From NCBI GenBank assembly GCA_965221775.1, contig CBDCSU010000006.1, forward strand, positions 608,001 to 672,000: 64,000 nt of DNA. Direction: 5' to 3'. The translations under genes were made by a program, and so were the position numbers. The notes below the pieces were generated by a model. The model did not search any database. It saw only the letters and a list, made by a program, of their open reading frames with translations, and was not told where the DNA came from. This document shows positions 46,870 to 57,022 of this stretch, piece by piece; within the stretch, counting starts at the first letter, position 1, and every line of letters starts with the position of its first letter. This DNA is from Candidatus Latescibacterota bacterium (lineage in GTDB: Bacteria; Latescibacterota; UBA2968; UBA8231).

Positions 46870-46885
46870 TGCAACGGTCGTGCCA
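46870..46885 (-). promoter_or_regulatory. Sigma54 (-24/-12) promoter
   Basis: TGGCAC-GACCG-TTGCA, a perfect consensus match in an intergenic position. Confidence 0.7.
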
Positions 46886-46998
46886 GCCCTCCGGATGGCG
46901 GCCGCGGGCGTCGTCTTCGTGACCCGCACCGAGGCGGCTGGCGCCGGCGACTTTTCCCCCTTGCGCGGCGGCGCCCCGTTGAGGAACATGTCCCCCCC

Positions 46999-48033
46999 AT
47001 GAGCGACGACAGGCGCCAGTTCTGCAGCGACAACGAGGCCGGCATCCACCCCCGCGTGATGGCGGCCATCGTCGAGGCCAACCGCGGCCACGTCCCCTCC
47101 TACGGAGGCGATCCCCTCACCGCCGCCGTGCGCGACCGTTTCCGGGAGGTCTTCGGCCCGGAGACGGTGACCCACCTCGTCTTCAACGGCACCGCCGCCA
47201 ACGTCGTCGCCGCCGCCGGCGCCGTCGACGCCTGGCAGGCCGTGGTCAGCGCCCGCACCTCGCACATCCACATCGACGAGTGCGGCGCCATCGAGCGCTT
47301 CGCCGGCTGCCGCGTGCTGGTGCTGGAGTCGGAGGACGGCAAGCTCGACCCCTCCTGCCTGGAGCAGGTCCCCGAGGGCCACGCCGAGCCCCACCAGTCG
47401 AAGCCGCGGCTGCTGTCGATCACGCAGGCCACCGAGCTGGGCACGGTCTACACCCTCGGCGAGCTGCGGGCCCTGGCCGACGCGGTCCACGAGCGCGGCT
47501 GGCTGCTGCACATGGACGGGGCGCGCCTGGCCAACGCCGCCGCCTCCCTCGGCGTGGGTCTGCGCGCGGCCACCGCCGACGCCGGCGTCGATCTCCTCAG
47601 CTTCGGGGGCACCAAGTGCGGCCTCATGATCGGCGAGGCCGTCGTCTACTTCGATCCGTCCCTGGCCGACCGTCTCGCCTACGTGCACAAGCAGGGCCTG
47701 CAGCTGGCCTCGAAGATGCGCTTCCTCAGCGCCCAGTTCCTCGCCCTCCTCGAGGACGACCTGTGGCTGCAGATCGCGGCCCACGCCAACGCCATGGCCC
47801 GCCGTCTCCACGACGCCGTCCACGACCTCCCCGGCCTGACCATCTCGCGGCCGACGCAGGCCAGCGCCGTCTTCGCGCGGGTGCCCCTCGACCGCCTGGA
47901 GAGGCTGCTCCGCCTGGCGCGCTTCGCCGTGTGGGACGAGGAGTCCGGCGAGGTGCGCTGGATGGCCTCGTGGGACACCACCGAGGAGGACGTGGACACC
48001 TTCGCCCACACCCTTCGCAGCGTCCTCGGCTGA
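46999..48033 (+). CDS. Low-specificity L-threonine aldolase
   Basis: FCSDN, NGTAAN, HMDGARL.NA, SFGGTK.G. Confidence 0.9.
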   Translation: MSDDRRQFCSDNEAGIHPRVMAAIVEANRGHVPSYGGDPLTAAVRDRFREVFGPETVTHLVFNGTAANVVAAAGAVDAWQAVVSARTSHIHIDECGAIERFAGCRVLVLESEDGKLDPSCLEQVPEGHAEPHQSKPRLLSITQATELGTVYTLGELRALADAVHERGWLLHMDGARLANAAASLGVGLRAATADAGVDLLSFGGTKCGLMIGEAVVYFDPSLADRLAYVHKQGLQLASKMRFLSAQFLALLEDDLWLQIAAHANAMARRLHDAVHDLPGLTISRPTQASAVFARVPLDRLERLLRLARFAVWDEESGEVRWMASWDTTEEDVDTFAHTLRSVLG

Positions 48034-48098
48034 CCCGGAGCCCGTTCCCGCCGGCCGCCGGGGTCCCATCGTCACAGCCCAACCCGCGAGGTGATCCC

Positions 48099-48569
48099 AT
48101 GCCCATGCCGACCCGCCTCCTGCCGCTGCCCGCCCTGGCCCTGGCGGCCCTGCTCGCCAGCGCCTGCGACGACCCCTGCGACACCCCCGGGAACCAGGAG
48201 ATCCTCGACCGCGCCGCCGCCGAGGAGGGCGCCGTGCGCACCGAGTCCGGCCTCGTCTACCGCGAGCTGAAGGCCGGGTACGGCACCCGGCCGGAGGCCC
48301 GCAACCGGGTGCAGGTCCACTACGAGGGGCGGCTGCCCGACGGCACGATCTTCGACAGCTCCTACCAGCGCGGCCGGCCGGCGGAGTTCGAGCTGTCGGG
48401 GGTGATCCCCGGCTGGACCGAGGGCCTGCAGCGGCTGCGCGGCGGCGGCGAGGCGAAGCTGACCGTACCGCCCGACCTCGCCTACGGACGGAAGGGCGCC
48501 GGCGGCGGCAAGATCCCGCCCTGCTCGGTGCTGATCTTCAGGGTGGAGCTGCTCGGGATCTACGACTGA
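48099..48569 (+). CDS. FKBP-type peptidyl-prolyl isomerase, lipoprotein
   Basis: LASAC lipobox, TESGL, VHYEG.L.DGT.FDSS, VIPGWTEG, LAYG. Confidence 0.92.
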   Translation: MPMPTRLLPLPALALAALLASACDDPCDTPGNQEILDRAAAEEGAVRTESGLVYRELKAGYGTRPEARNRVQVHYEGRLPDGTIFDSSYQRGRPAEFELSGVIPGWTEGLQRLRGGGEAKLTVPPDLAYGRKGAGGGKIPPCSVLIFRVELLGIYD

Positions 48570-48588
48570 GGCCGGCCGGACCGGCGCT

Positions 48589-49443
48589 TCAGTCGAGGTA
48601 GCGCACGGTCCGGTTCAGGAGGCCGGGGGCCTCGACGGCGGCGGCCAGGGCCTCGACGCTCGGGCGGTGGGCGCCGTGGTAGCGCAGCTCCTCCAGGGAG
48701 CCCGGCAGGGGCGCGTCGAGGCGCTTGATCGAGGCGTCCCGGTAGGCGATCGCCTCGGCCCGCCGTTCCCGGAAGGTGGCGGCCAGCCGCTCCCGGCCGC
48801 GCACCTCCACCTCCCACTCGTCCACCTCCACCGGAATCTCCTCCATGGCGCCGAAGCGCCGGATGACGGCCGCCGCCGCGCGCGGCCCGAACCCCGGAAT
48901 CCCCGGGATGCCGTCGGACTTGTCCCCCACCAGGGCCAGGTACTCGGGGATCCGTTGCGGCGGCACACCGAACTTCTGCGCCACCTCCGCCTCGCCGGAG
49001 CGCAGCTTGCGGATGCGGTCGAGCAGGATCACGCGGTCGCCGCGGACGCACTGGGCGAAGTCGTTGTCGGTGGAGCAGATGACGACGCGGCTCAACTCGG
49101 GGGCCGGGCCGAAGTGGTGGGCGGCGGAGGCGATGGCGTCGTCGGCCGAGTACCCGGCCATGACCCAGGTGTCGATGCCGAGGGCGAGGCCGGTCTCGAC
49201 GGCGAGGTCGTACTGGGCGTGGATGTTCTCCGTGTCCTCGGAGAACCGCGCCTGCAGGGCCTCCACGTCGTCGAAGGCCATCGCCGTGTACGCCAGGTCC
49301 TCCTCGCGCAGCAGTGACGCCAGGGTCTCGAAGAGCCCGCGCACGGCGCCGACCTCGCGGCCGTCGGCGAGGCGGGCCTGGGGCGCCCCGTAGTAGCAGC
49401 GGAACAGCTCGAAGCTGCCGTCGATCAGGTAGAGGGCCGTCAA
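48589..49443 (-). CDS. 5'-3' exonuclease / flap endonuclease
   Basis: YLIDGS, ADD.IAS, D.DF.Q, LVGD.SDGIPGIPGFG. Confidence 0.85.
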   Translation of the reverse strand: MTALYLIDGSFELFRCYYGAPQARLADGREVGAVRGLFETLASLLREEDLAYTAMAFDDVEALQARFSEDTENIHAQYDLAVETGLALGIDTWVMAGYSADDAIASAAHHFGPAPELSRVVICSTDNDFAQCVRGDRVILLDRIRKLRSGEAEVAQKFGVPPQRIPEYLALVGDKSDGIPGIPGFGPRAAAAVIRRFGAMEEIPVEVDEWEVEVRGRERLAATFRERRAEAIAYRDASIKRLDAPLPGSLEELRYHGAHRPSVEALAAAVEAPGLLNRTVRYLD

Positions 49444-49454
49444 CCAGCTGACCG

Positions 49455-50789
49455 TCAGCGCAGGCCGGCGAGGGCGTCGGCGAGGCTGCGGTCGATGCGC
49501 TCGCACAACTCGTCCACGCCGGCCTCGTCGATCGTCAGGGCCGGCCCCACGGCGAACCAGGACGGGTCCACGCGCAGGATCAGGCCGTTGGCCAGGGCCG
49601 TCCCCTTGAGCGCGGCCCCCAACTCCGGGAAGGGCTCGGTGGACCCCTCCTCGCGCACCAGCTCCACCCCGCGCAGCAGGCCCTTGCCGCGCACCTCGCG
49701 CACCACCCCGTGGCGCCGGAGCCCCTCCAGGCCCGCGGCCAGCCGCTCGCCCAGCTCCCTGGCGCGGCGGTCCAGCCCCTGCTCGACGATCTCGTCGATG
49801 ACGGCGATGCCGGCGGCGCAGGCCACCGGGTGGCCGGCGTAGGTGTGGCCGTGGGCGAAGTTGGTGGACCCGGGCCGCTGGAAGGCGTCGGCCATCTCCT
49901 CGCGCGCCATCATCGCGCCGAGGGGGACGGCGCCGCTCGACAGGCCCTTGCCGCCGCAGATGATGTCCGGGGTGACGCCGTAGGTCTGGGCGGCGAACAT
50001 CGAGCCGGTGCGGCCACAGGCGGTGATGATCTCGTCGAAGATGAGCAGCACGTCGTGGCGGTCGCAGATCTGCCGCAGGATCCGGAAGTACTCCGCCGTC
50101 GGCGTGATCACGCCCCCGGTGTTGCTCACCGGCTCGAGGATCACCCCGGCCACCGTCTCCGGGTCCTCGTGGACGATGACGTCCTCCACCTGCTGCGCGG
50201 CGAAGCGGTTGCACTCCTCCCAGCTGTCGAAGCGGTCCCGGTAGTGGGTGGGCGGAAAGACCTTGAGGAATCCCGCCGGCCCCGGCTCGAAGGGCGACTT
50301 GCGGGGCCCCGTGCCGCTGGCGGCCATGGCGCCAAGGGTGGCGCCGTGATAGCCGTGGTAGCGGCTGACGAACTTGTACTTCCCGGGGCGCCCGCTCTGG
50401 CGGAAGTACTGGCGGGCGAACTTGATCGCCGCCTCCATCGACTCGGAGCCGCCCGAGAAGGACTTGACGAAGTCGAGGCTCCCCGGAGTCACCGAGCCGA
50501 TGCGCTCGACGAAGTCGAGGGTGATGTCGGCGGTGCCGTGCATGGGCGGGGCGAAGGGGAGGCGCTCGAGCTGCTTCGTCACCGCCTCGACGACGCGCGG
50601 GTGGCCGTGGCCGAGGGTGGCGGCGTAGACCCCGGCGATGCCGTCGAGGTAGCGGCGGCCCTCCACGTCCCAGTAGTGCAGGCCCTCGGCCCGGGAGACG
50701 ATGAGGGGGTTCTCGGCGAAGGCGTCGTGGTGCTGGTAGTCGAGGAAGGTGCGCCTCAGCAGGCGCTGGTGGCGGTCGGAGATGCGCAT
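49455..50789 (-). CDS. Class III PLP aminotransferase
   Basis: SGGSES, GYHGAT, IFDEI.T..GRTG, GKG, HGHTY.GHP. Confidence 0.92.
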   Translation of the reverse strand: MRISDRHQRLLRRTFLDYQHHDAFAENPLIVSRAEGLHYWDVEGRRYLDGIAGVYAATLGHGHPRVVEAVTKQLERLPFAPPMHGTADITLDFVERIGSVTPGSLDFVKSFSGGSESMEAAIKFARQYFRQSGRPGKYKFVSRYHGYHGATLGAMAASGTGPRKSPFEPGPAGFLKVFPPTHYRDRFDSWEECNRFAAQQVEDVIVHEDPETVAGVILEPVSNTGGVITPTAEYFRILRQICDRHDVLLIFDEIITACGRTGSMFAAQTYGVTPDIICGGKGLSSGAVPLGAMMAREEMADAFQRPGSTNFAHGHTYAGHPVACAAGIAVIDEIVEQGLDRRARELGERLAAGLEGLRRHGVVREVRGKGLLRGVELVREEGSTEPFPELGAALKGTALANGLILRVDPSWFAVGPALTIDEAGVDELCERIDRSLADALAGLR

Positions 50790-51574
50790 CAGGCGCGCAG
50801 ACCGGCGACGAGGTCGAAGCTGCGCCGGACGGCGTCGGGCACGTCCGGCAGGTTGGGACTCATCTCCAGGCTGACCGGACCGTCGTAGGCGATCCGCCGC
50901 AAGGTCTCGAAGAAGGCGGCCAGGGAGTCGCGGCTCTGCACCCCGTCGGTCAGGGCCAGGTGCAGGTCGCCGGCGCCGTCGTTGTCGTCGAGGTGGACGT
51001 AGCCGAGGCGAGGGCCCGCCTCCGACAGGACCCCGGCGGGATGCTCGCCCGACATCTGCGCGTGGCCGATGTCGAAGAGCAGGTAGAGGTTGTCGTGGTC
51101 GAGGTCCTCGAGGAAGCGCAGGGTCGCCGCCGCCGTGGGCAGGGCGGTGCCGGGGAAGTGCTCGACGCAGAGACGGGCGCCGGCGGCGCGGGCGTAGTCG
51201 GCGAGGCCGGGCAGGGCCGCCGCGTAGCGCTCGAGGGAGTCGCCGTCCAGCGGCGCGTCGGGCACAACGTAGGCATGAGAGGCGCCGAGGTTGGCGGCCT
51301 GGTCCAGGCCCCCCAGCAGATGCGCCATGGCCGCCTCCACGGGACCGGCCTCCACCGAGTCGAGGGTGGCCCCGGGCGGCATCTCGTGGGAGAGGGCGAT
51401 GCAGCCGACGTCGAGCCCGAGGTTGCGCACCAGGGCCCGGGCCTCGGCGCCGCGCAGGGTGGAGGGCCGCACGTCGATGGAGGCCAGTCCGATCTCGGCC
51501 AGCCGGACCAGCGTCTCGGTCACCGGACCCTCGAAGGCCCAGATACAGCAGGAGATCGGACCGCCCTTGGTCAT
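50789..51574 (-). CDS. Sugar phosphate isomerase/epimerase (TIM barrel)
   Basis: CVEH, FDIGH, YVHLDDN, SLE. Confidence 0.85.
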   Translation of the reverse strand: MTKGGPISCCIWAFEGPVTETLVRLAEIGLASIDVRPSTLRGAEARALVRNLGLDVGCIALSHEMPPGATLDSVEAGPVEAAMAHLLGGLDQAANLGASHAYVVPDAPLDGDSLERYAAALPGLADYARAAGARLCVEHFPGTALPTAAATLRFLEDLDHDNLYLLFDIGHAQMSGEHPAGVLSEAGPRLGYVHLDDNDGAGDLHLALTDGVQSRDSLAAFFETLRRIAYDGPVSLEMSPNLPDVPDAVRRSFDLVAGLRA

Positions 51575-51608
51575 CGTCCAGGTGGCGCCGGGGCGGGCCT
51601 CGACCTGG

Positions 51609-52034
51609 CTAGGAGGTGGACTTGGGCGGTGCCGATGGCGCCGCAGCCTCGGGCGGCAGGATGTTCTGGATCACGGGGGGATCGGCGGGAACCAGCCGCA
51701 GAATGGCGATCAGCAAGGCGGTCGTGGCGGACACGGCCACGCATCCTCCGATGACCTTGTTGCGGGTGCTGTTCAGTCTACCCACTTCATCCTTGAGCTC
51801 TCTCATGTCCTTCCTGAGCTGTCCTATGTCCTTCTGAGCCTCCTCGATGCCCTGGAGCCTGACCCATACACCATTCGGACCTTCGAAGAAACCTGCCACC
51901 CTGTCTATCTGGGATCGGATTCTCTCGGTGTCTTCCTGGAGGCGCTCAAGGCGCAGTTCGGTCTCTTGCGGAGACCAGTGCGCGCGCTCGGGGCCCCGGC
52001 CTTCGCCGGAAGCAGGGGATGTTCCTGATTTCAC
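51609..52034 (-). CDS. Coiled-coil + TM hypothetical protein
   Basis: Heptad pattern followed by one hydrophobic helix. Confidence 0.5.
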   Translation of the reverse strand: MKSGTSPASGEGRGPERAHWSPQETELRLERLQEDTERIRSQIDRVAGFFEGPNGVWVRLQGIEEAQKDIGQLRKDMRELKDEVGRLNSTRNKVIGGCVAVSATTALLIAILRLVPADPPVIQNILPPEAAAPSAPPKSTS

Positions 52035-52110
52035 GAGTATGCCTTTCCCATGTGTTGCCGAATATACGGCCTGGTGAGGGCCCTGCCATCCATGACGGGC
52101 GGCGGATCGC

Positions 52111-52778
52111 TCAGGCCGGCACCGGCCGGTCCAGCCCCCGGTACTGCACCGCCTCGGCCACGTGGGCGGCCTCGATCCCCTCGGCGCCGGCCAGGTCGGC
52201 GATGGTGCGCGCCACCTTGAGGATGCGGTCGTGGGCCCGCGCCGACAGGCCGAGGCGTTCCAGGGCGGCGCGCAGGAGACCGGCCGCCTCCTTGGGCAGG
52301 GGCCGGCAGTAGCGGCGCACGTGGCGGGCGTCCATGTGGGCGTTGCAGAACACGCCGCTCTCCCCGCCGAATCGCTCCTGCTGGACCTGCCGCGCCGCCT
52401 CGACGCGGCTCCGCACCTGCGCCGAGGGCTCGCCCGGCGGCCCCTCGGCGAGGTCGTCGAAGCCGACGGCGGGCACCTCCACGTGCAGGTCGATGCGGTC
52501 GAGCAGCGGCCCCGACAGCCGCGTGCGGTAGCGCTCCACGGCGCGGGGCGGACACAGGCAGTCCTGGCGCGGGTGGCCGAGGTAGCCGCAGGGGCAGGGG
52601 TTCATGGAGGCCACCAGCATGAACCGCGCCGGGAAGGTCAGGGTGGCGGCGGCGCGGCCGATGGTGACCCGGCACTCCTCCATGGGCTGGCGCAACGCCT
52701 CCACCGCCCGCCGCTGGAACTCCGGCAGCTCGTCTAGGAAGAGCACCCCGTGGTGGGAGAGGGAGACCTCCCCCGGGC
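52111..52778 (-). pseudogene. comM: comM/YifB (Mg-chelatase-like ATPase), 3' fragment
   Basis: [54 protein letters not shown]. Confidence 0.92.
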
Positions 52779-52825
52779 ACCCACAGCGCGTCCGGGCCTC
52801 CGAGGGAGCGAGCCCAACCCGAAGC

Positions 52826-53683
52826 CTATGTATCTCGTACGATCACCGCGCCTGCGATCCCAGGGAATTCAGACCCGAAGTCGATGCTCGCTTGGGGCCG
52901 CGAACTCCGCGCTTGATGAATCCGTTCAGCCTCCTCGAACAGTTTGGGGAGACCTCTGCTCGGCACAAAAGGGGGTACTAAGCCGGGTCCAAGATCACCC
53001 CGACCCGCACCCTCAAACAATGCCGATAGCCCGGAGGCCGCTGCTCCGGCCGAACCCATCGCGTCCTGCCGACCGGTACCCCGCGAACAAAGCAGACAAT
53101 GAAGAGGACGGGAGTGGTATCGATGCCGATCATAGGTCTTGTTCGGCTTGGCATTGCGCACCTCGATGGCTGAGGCGATAGCCACACCCCAGCTCTCTGG
53201 CCAAGGCTGTCCGAGCAAAGCAAGCGTCGGACAGGAACCTCGGGGCACTCGGCCGGGGTCGTCTAAGTGGTTGTAGAACGCATAGACCGGCGGCAGTTTG
53301 AAGCGCTTGGCGGTCGCAATGAGCCGATTCAGTTGGAGAATTGAAGGCCCTCCACCCCGTAGTCGGGCTTGGCGGAAGAGTTCCTTGTACTCTCGGTCCC
53401 CATCGTCCAAGCGCTTCGCCTGGACGAGCATGCCTTGGCAAGAATGCCCGTCCGGGCCTATGAAACCCCACGCCCAATCGGCCCCGGTCTCCGCTTCTAC
53501 TGGATGGGTGAAGGGGACGATCGTGACCTTGCCCGGAAACCGGGCAGCAAGATCAAGAAGAAGGGTCTCAGTCGCGGTTTCCTCGCTGAAGCTCAACCCG
53601 GAACACTTGGCAGCCCCGCGTTGATGCCAAGTGTTCACCGAAAGGCGCAGCAGACAGCGTTGTTGCGGCGTGAAAGGGTGCAT
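52826..53683 (-). CDS. PD-(D/E)xK-like protein (DUF6615-like)
   Basis: EET.TE.LL, E...[19 protein letters not shown]. Confidence 0.6.
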   Translation of the reverse strand: MHPFTPQQRCLLRLSVNTWHQRGAAKCSGLSFSEETATETLLLDLAARFPGKVTIVPFTHPVEAETGADWAWGFIGPDGHSCQGMLVQAKRLDDGDREYKELFRQARLRGGGPSILQLNRLIATAKRFKLPPVYAFYNHLDDPGRVPRGSCPTLALLGQPWPESWGVAIASAIEVRNAKPNKTYDRHRYHSRPLHCLLCSRGTGRQDAMGSAGAAASGLSALFEGAGRGDLGPGLVPPFVPSRGLPKLFEEAERIHQARSSRPQASIDFGSEFPGIAGAVIVRDT

Positions 53684-53830
53684 TGGCTTCTACCCAGTGA
53701 CTCTTCCGCTGTCCCTTCGAGGAGGAGCACCCCGTGCTGGTCGACCGAAACCTCACGCAGCCGTGGAGCCGCTCCCCTCGGATGAGACCGGCGACGCTGG
53801 ATCATGCTGGAGAGGACAGGCTGCCCGCCT

Positions 53831-54118
53831 CTATGGTTCGGCAGACACACTCTTCGAGCACGCCCTGAGCAGCATGGGGAGCCTGCCCAAGGCTCTCTTC
53901 TTCCCCTCCTTCACCAGGGTCCTTCTCGGCCACCGCTTGAATTGCCTCACCTGCCGAAGGAACTCACTCTGGTCCAGACCTTCAATGTTCCGTGCTACGT
54001 AGGTAACGAGTACGGCAACGGCGTGCTCGTTAGCCCTGGTGACTCCGATTAGGTCCTCGACTTCTCGCTCAAGCTCGCGGACACGGTGCTCAAGCTCGCG
54101 GAGTCGGTCCTCGTGCAT
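53831..54118 (-). CDS. Small hypothetical coiled-coil protein
   Basis: AGGAGGGG RBS, 95-aa ORF. Confidence 0.45.
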   Translation of the reverse strand: MHEDRLRELEHRVRELEREVEDLIGVTRANEHAVAVLVTYVARNIEGLDQSEFLRQVRQFKRWPRRTLVKEGKKRALGRLPMLLRACSKSVSAEP

Positions 54119-54331
54119 CAGTCCCCTCCTTCTGAAAGGAACCTGCCGGTGCCGGCAGCGGCACCCGTCCAGTCAGCCTGCTGCCCAGCCCTCCGGTCTA
54201 CTCTGCAGCGATTCACACGCCAGCTCGCCCAGGACATTGCGGCTTACCGCCGATGGAATACAACGCCGAAACTCTCCGGAAGACCCCGGCAGGGCGCGCG
54301 TCCAATGCCTTAACGCCCCACTGAAGCTCCC

Positions 54332-55939
54332 CTACCCTCCCGCCAAACCACCCCCCACCCGAATATCAATTGCCCGTGGACCTCGTCTATTGAAAGCAAG
54401 GGAGCATCGAGCTCTAGCGGCCCGCTCCAACCCGTTCCACTCCATAGGGTCGCTGTCAGCGCGAGAGGCAAACACATCCTTCGGAAATCCAGTAACTCTC
54501 ACAAATGCGTAACCCTCCTCCTTTCGCTGGATCTGACACTCGTACCGGACTAAACTCCCACCACGTTCTACAGCCCCTCCCTTTCCGGATCTAAACCGCC
54601 CCGGCGCCCGCTCATTGAGAGTAGAAAAAAGGCGACGGGCTTCGTCATACTCGCCCTGCAAATGGAGTTCCCGAGCAAACCAGAACTGGGCTTCATGGTT
54701 GTTGTCCCCCTCCGTAAAGCCCCGCCTAAGGTGGTCCAATGCTCCCGTACTATCGTCCAATCTGATTAGAATTTGGCCTAGTAGGAGATGCGCTGACTTA
54801 CTAGATGGATTGTCTCGGAGACACAACTCCAGTACTTCCTTGCTCCTCCCCAAATCCCCCATATCTTCGTACTTACGTGCCAAACGAACAGCCAGCCAGT
54901 CCTGCCTAGGGTTCAATCTGAACGCACGTTCCAGAGCCTCTAGCGCTTGGACAGTCTGATCGAGGCACTCTCGAAATGTCGCCTCTACGCTTAGCAGCTC
55001 GGAGCTCTCCGGGTACATTTGTAGGCCACGTTGAATAACCATCTCAGTCTCCCTAACAGCTTGAACGAAGGCCGCAGGAGGAGGCTCTCCTTTCGCTAGG
55101 TCAAGGGACCTTGCGACATCCCTGAATTCATCAATGGCGAGAAGTCCTCGCGTATACAGATCGTACTCGCTAAGTCGAAGATTACTTCCTCCAAGCTTCT
55201 CCCGGGTCGTGCGTCTCAGCGAGCGCCTCATGAGCGGATCGTCCGAGTCATTCGCCAACCGTCGCGCGATCTCCGCCTGAGTATGTTGAATGCTATGACT
55301 GCTAGGACTCAACTCAAACGCGCGTGCCGCCGCAGCTTCGGCCCGATCGAGCGCGCCACTACGGTGGCGCAACTCAAAGACCGCTCGTTGATGAAGGACG
55401 AAGGATTCGCCGGGGACTGTCCTCTCTACATGATCGTAGAATAGCCGTCCGAGGTCGATGTTCGAAAACATCTCCGCAATGCCTCTCCCCTTGATCAAAC
55501 GCGACAGCGTCTCCCGGTCTGAGGAGTAGTCAACATTCATGGCTTCGAGCAGTCTCACGAGTAGATCGAACTTATCCTCGCTCGCCGACAGCACTCGATT
55601 GAACAGAATCTCAGCAACATGTTGGTGACGACTACGGTAGTATACATCTCGGTTGTGGCCATCGTGGACGACATGAACAATTTTCTCAAGCGGCTCAAGG
55701 AACTCAGCTTGAAATCGTTCGAATCTAATGCCGGAGGCGCGTGATATGAGCCCTGCCCGAACAGGCGCCCCGAACTGGTGGAAGGCACAGATGTCGAGAT
55801 AGAGATTGCGGGCAACCTCCGGCTCTATCCTACGATACTCATCTACAATGATATCTTCGAAGGGAACTCCGAGTGTAGCCTCGTGAAGGGCTACAAGGAG
55901 TTGACGCTCTGCAGATTCCACGAATCGAGCCACACGCAA
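54332..55939 (-). pseudogene. N-terminally truncated wHTH/TPR + cold-shock (OB) domain protein
   Basis: Starts abruptly at RQLLVALHEATLG. Contains YRSRH..VAE, TPR-like helices and C-terminal EGYAFV...DVF. No NTPase or effector domain upstream. Confidence 0.6.
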
Positions 55940-56161
55940 GCGTCTCAGTGGGCGGCCTCCTAGTTGAGTGGGTTTCGATTCGAGCGCGGAAGGATATATG
56001 TACGTCAGGTAGGTCGCAAGTCTCAGAGAGGATCTCCTCTCGGCTCTCGCTGACTGAACCGCAGATTCGGAGGAAGTCTACCCCAGATCTCCAAATAACC
56101 GATTTTGGGTTTGTCAGGGCTCGAAGATAGACTTCTCCGTGCCTCCTTGAGAGCAGGAGCC

Positions 56162-56413
56162 ATGGAAGTGCCCAAGTCTGTCTTCACAGTCGAGTATGAC
56201 CGGTTTCGCCAGATGCTGATTCAGGCGCGGAAGCAGTCCGGCCTGACTCAGATGGACGTTGCAAGTAGGCTTGGAAAGCCTCAATCCTTCGTTTCAAAAT
56301 ACGAGCGCGGTGAGCGTCGCCTGGACGTTGTAGAGTTCCTTGAAGTTTCCCGGGCTATAGGGGTGGAGCCAGGGACAATAATAGATCGGCTGTCGAGCGA
56401 GCTGGGATCGTGA
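56162..56413 (+). CDS. XRE HTH regulator (R-M controller-like)
   Basis: ARKQSGLTQ.DVA.RLGKPQSFVSKYERGERRLD; GTGA overlap with the R gene. Confidence 0.85.
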   Translation: MEVPKSVFTVEYDRFRQMLIQARKQSGLTQMDVASRLGKPQSFVSKYERGERRLDVVEFLEVSRAIGVEPGTIIDRLSSELGS

Positions 56414-57018
56414 AGATCGTTCATGTCGAAAGCCTGATCTCCGCGGGAGCCTTTGCCGAATCAATGGAGTGGCGTGAGATAAGGCAGAAACTACATGCTG
56501 CCATTCGCGCCGTGGTGTGGCCGCCGGGAAACGACAGGTTCACTATCTATCCCGAATCCGGAAGGCAGCGAAGGGCTGGCAATGGCGTCACTCCCATCAA
56601 GGACGGCCTGATGTCCCAATTGAAGAAGGAGGGATGGGAGCTTGAGAAGCGCATGGACATTGCAACCCTACGGAGACCCGGTAGACTGGACGCTGTGCTT
56701 GAGGCAGAGGGAGGCCCTTTTGCACTTGAGTGGGAGACCGGCAACATCTCTTCAAGTCATCGGGCGCTAAACAAGATGGCACTCGGCCTCCTGAAGCGTC
56801 TACTGATCGGGGGGACGTTGGTGGTACCTTCACGCACTTTCTACAAGTTCCTGACGGATAGAATCGGTAATTTCGCTGAGCTAGAACCGTACCTTGATCT
56901 ATGGAAAGCGATCCCATGCGCTGAGGGCGTGCTCGAGATTGTGGTCGTGGAGCATGACGGAACAAGCACCGATGTTCGTCGAATCCCCAAGAGCACTTCA
57001 GGCAGGGCCCTTCAGTAG
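56410..57018 (+). CDS. Type II restriction endonuclease, BamHI family
   Basis: WPP...FTI, NGV.PIK, LDA...EWETGNISSSHR.LNK..LG, LTDRI.NF.ELEPY. Confidence 0.9.
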   Translation: MKIVHVESLISAGAFAESMEWREIRQKLHAAIRAVVWPPGNDRFTIYPESGRQRRAGNGVTPIKDGLMSQLKKEGWELEKRMDIATLRRPGRLDAVLEAEGGPFALEWETGNISSSHRALNKMALGLLKRLLIGGTLVVPSRTFYKFLTDRIGNFAELEPYLDLWKAIPCAEGVLEIVVVEHDGTSTDVRRIPKSTSGRALQ

Positions 57019-57022
57019 AGGG

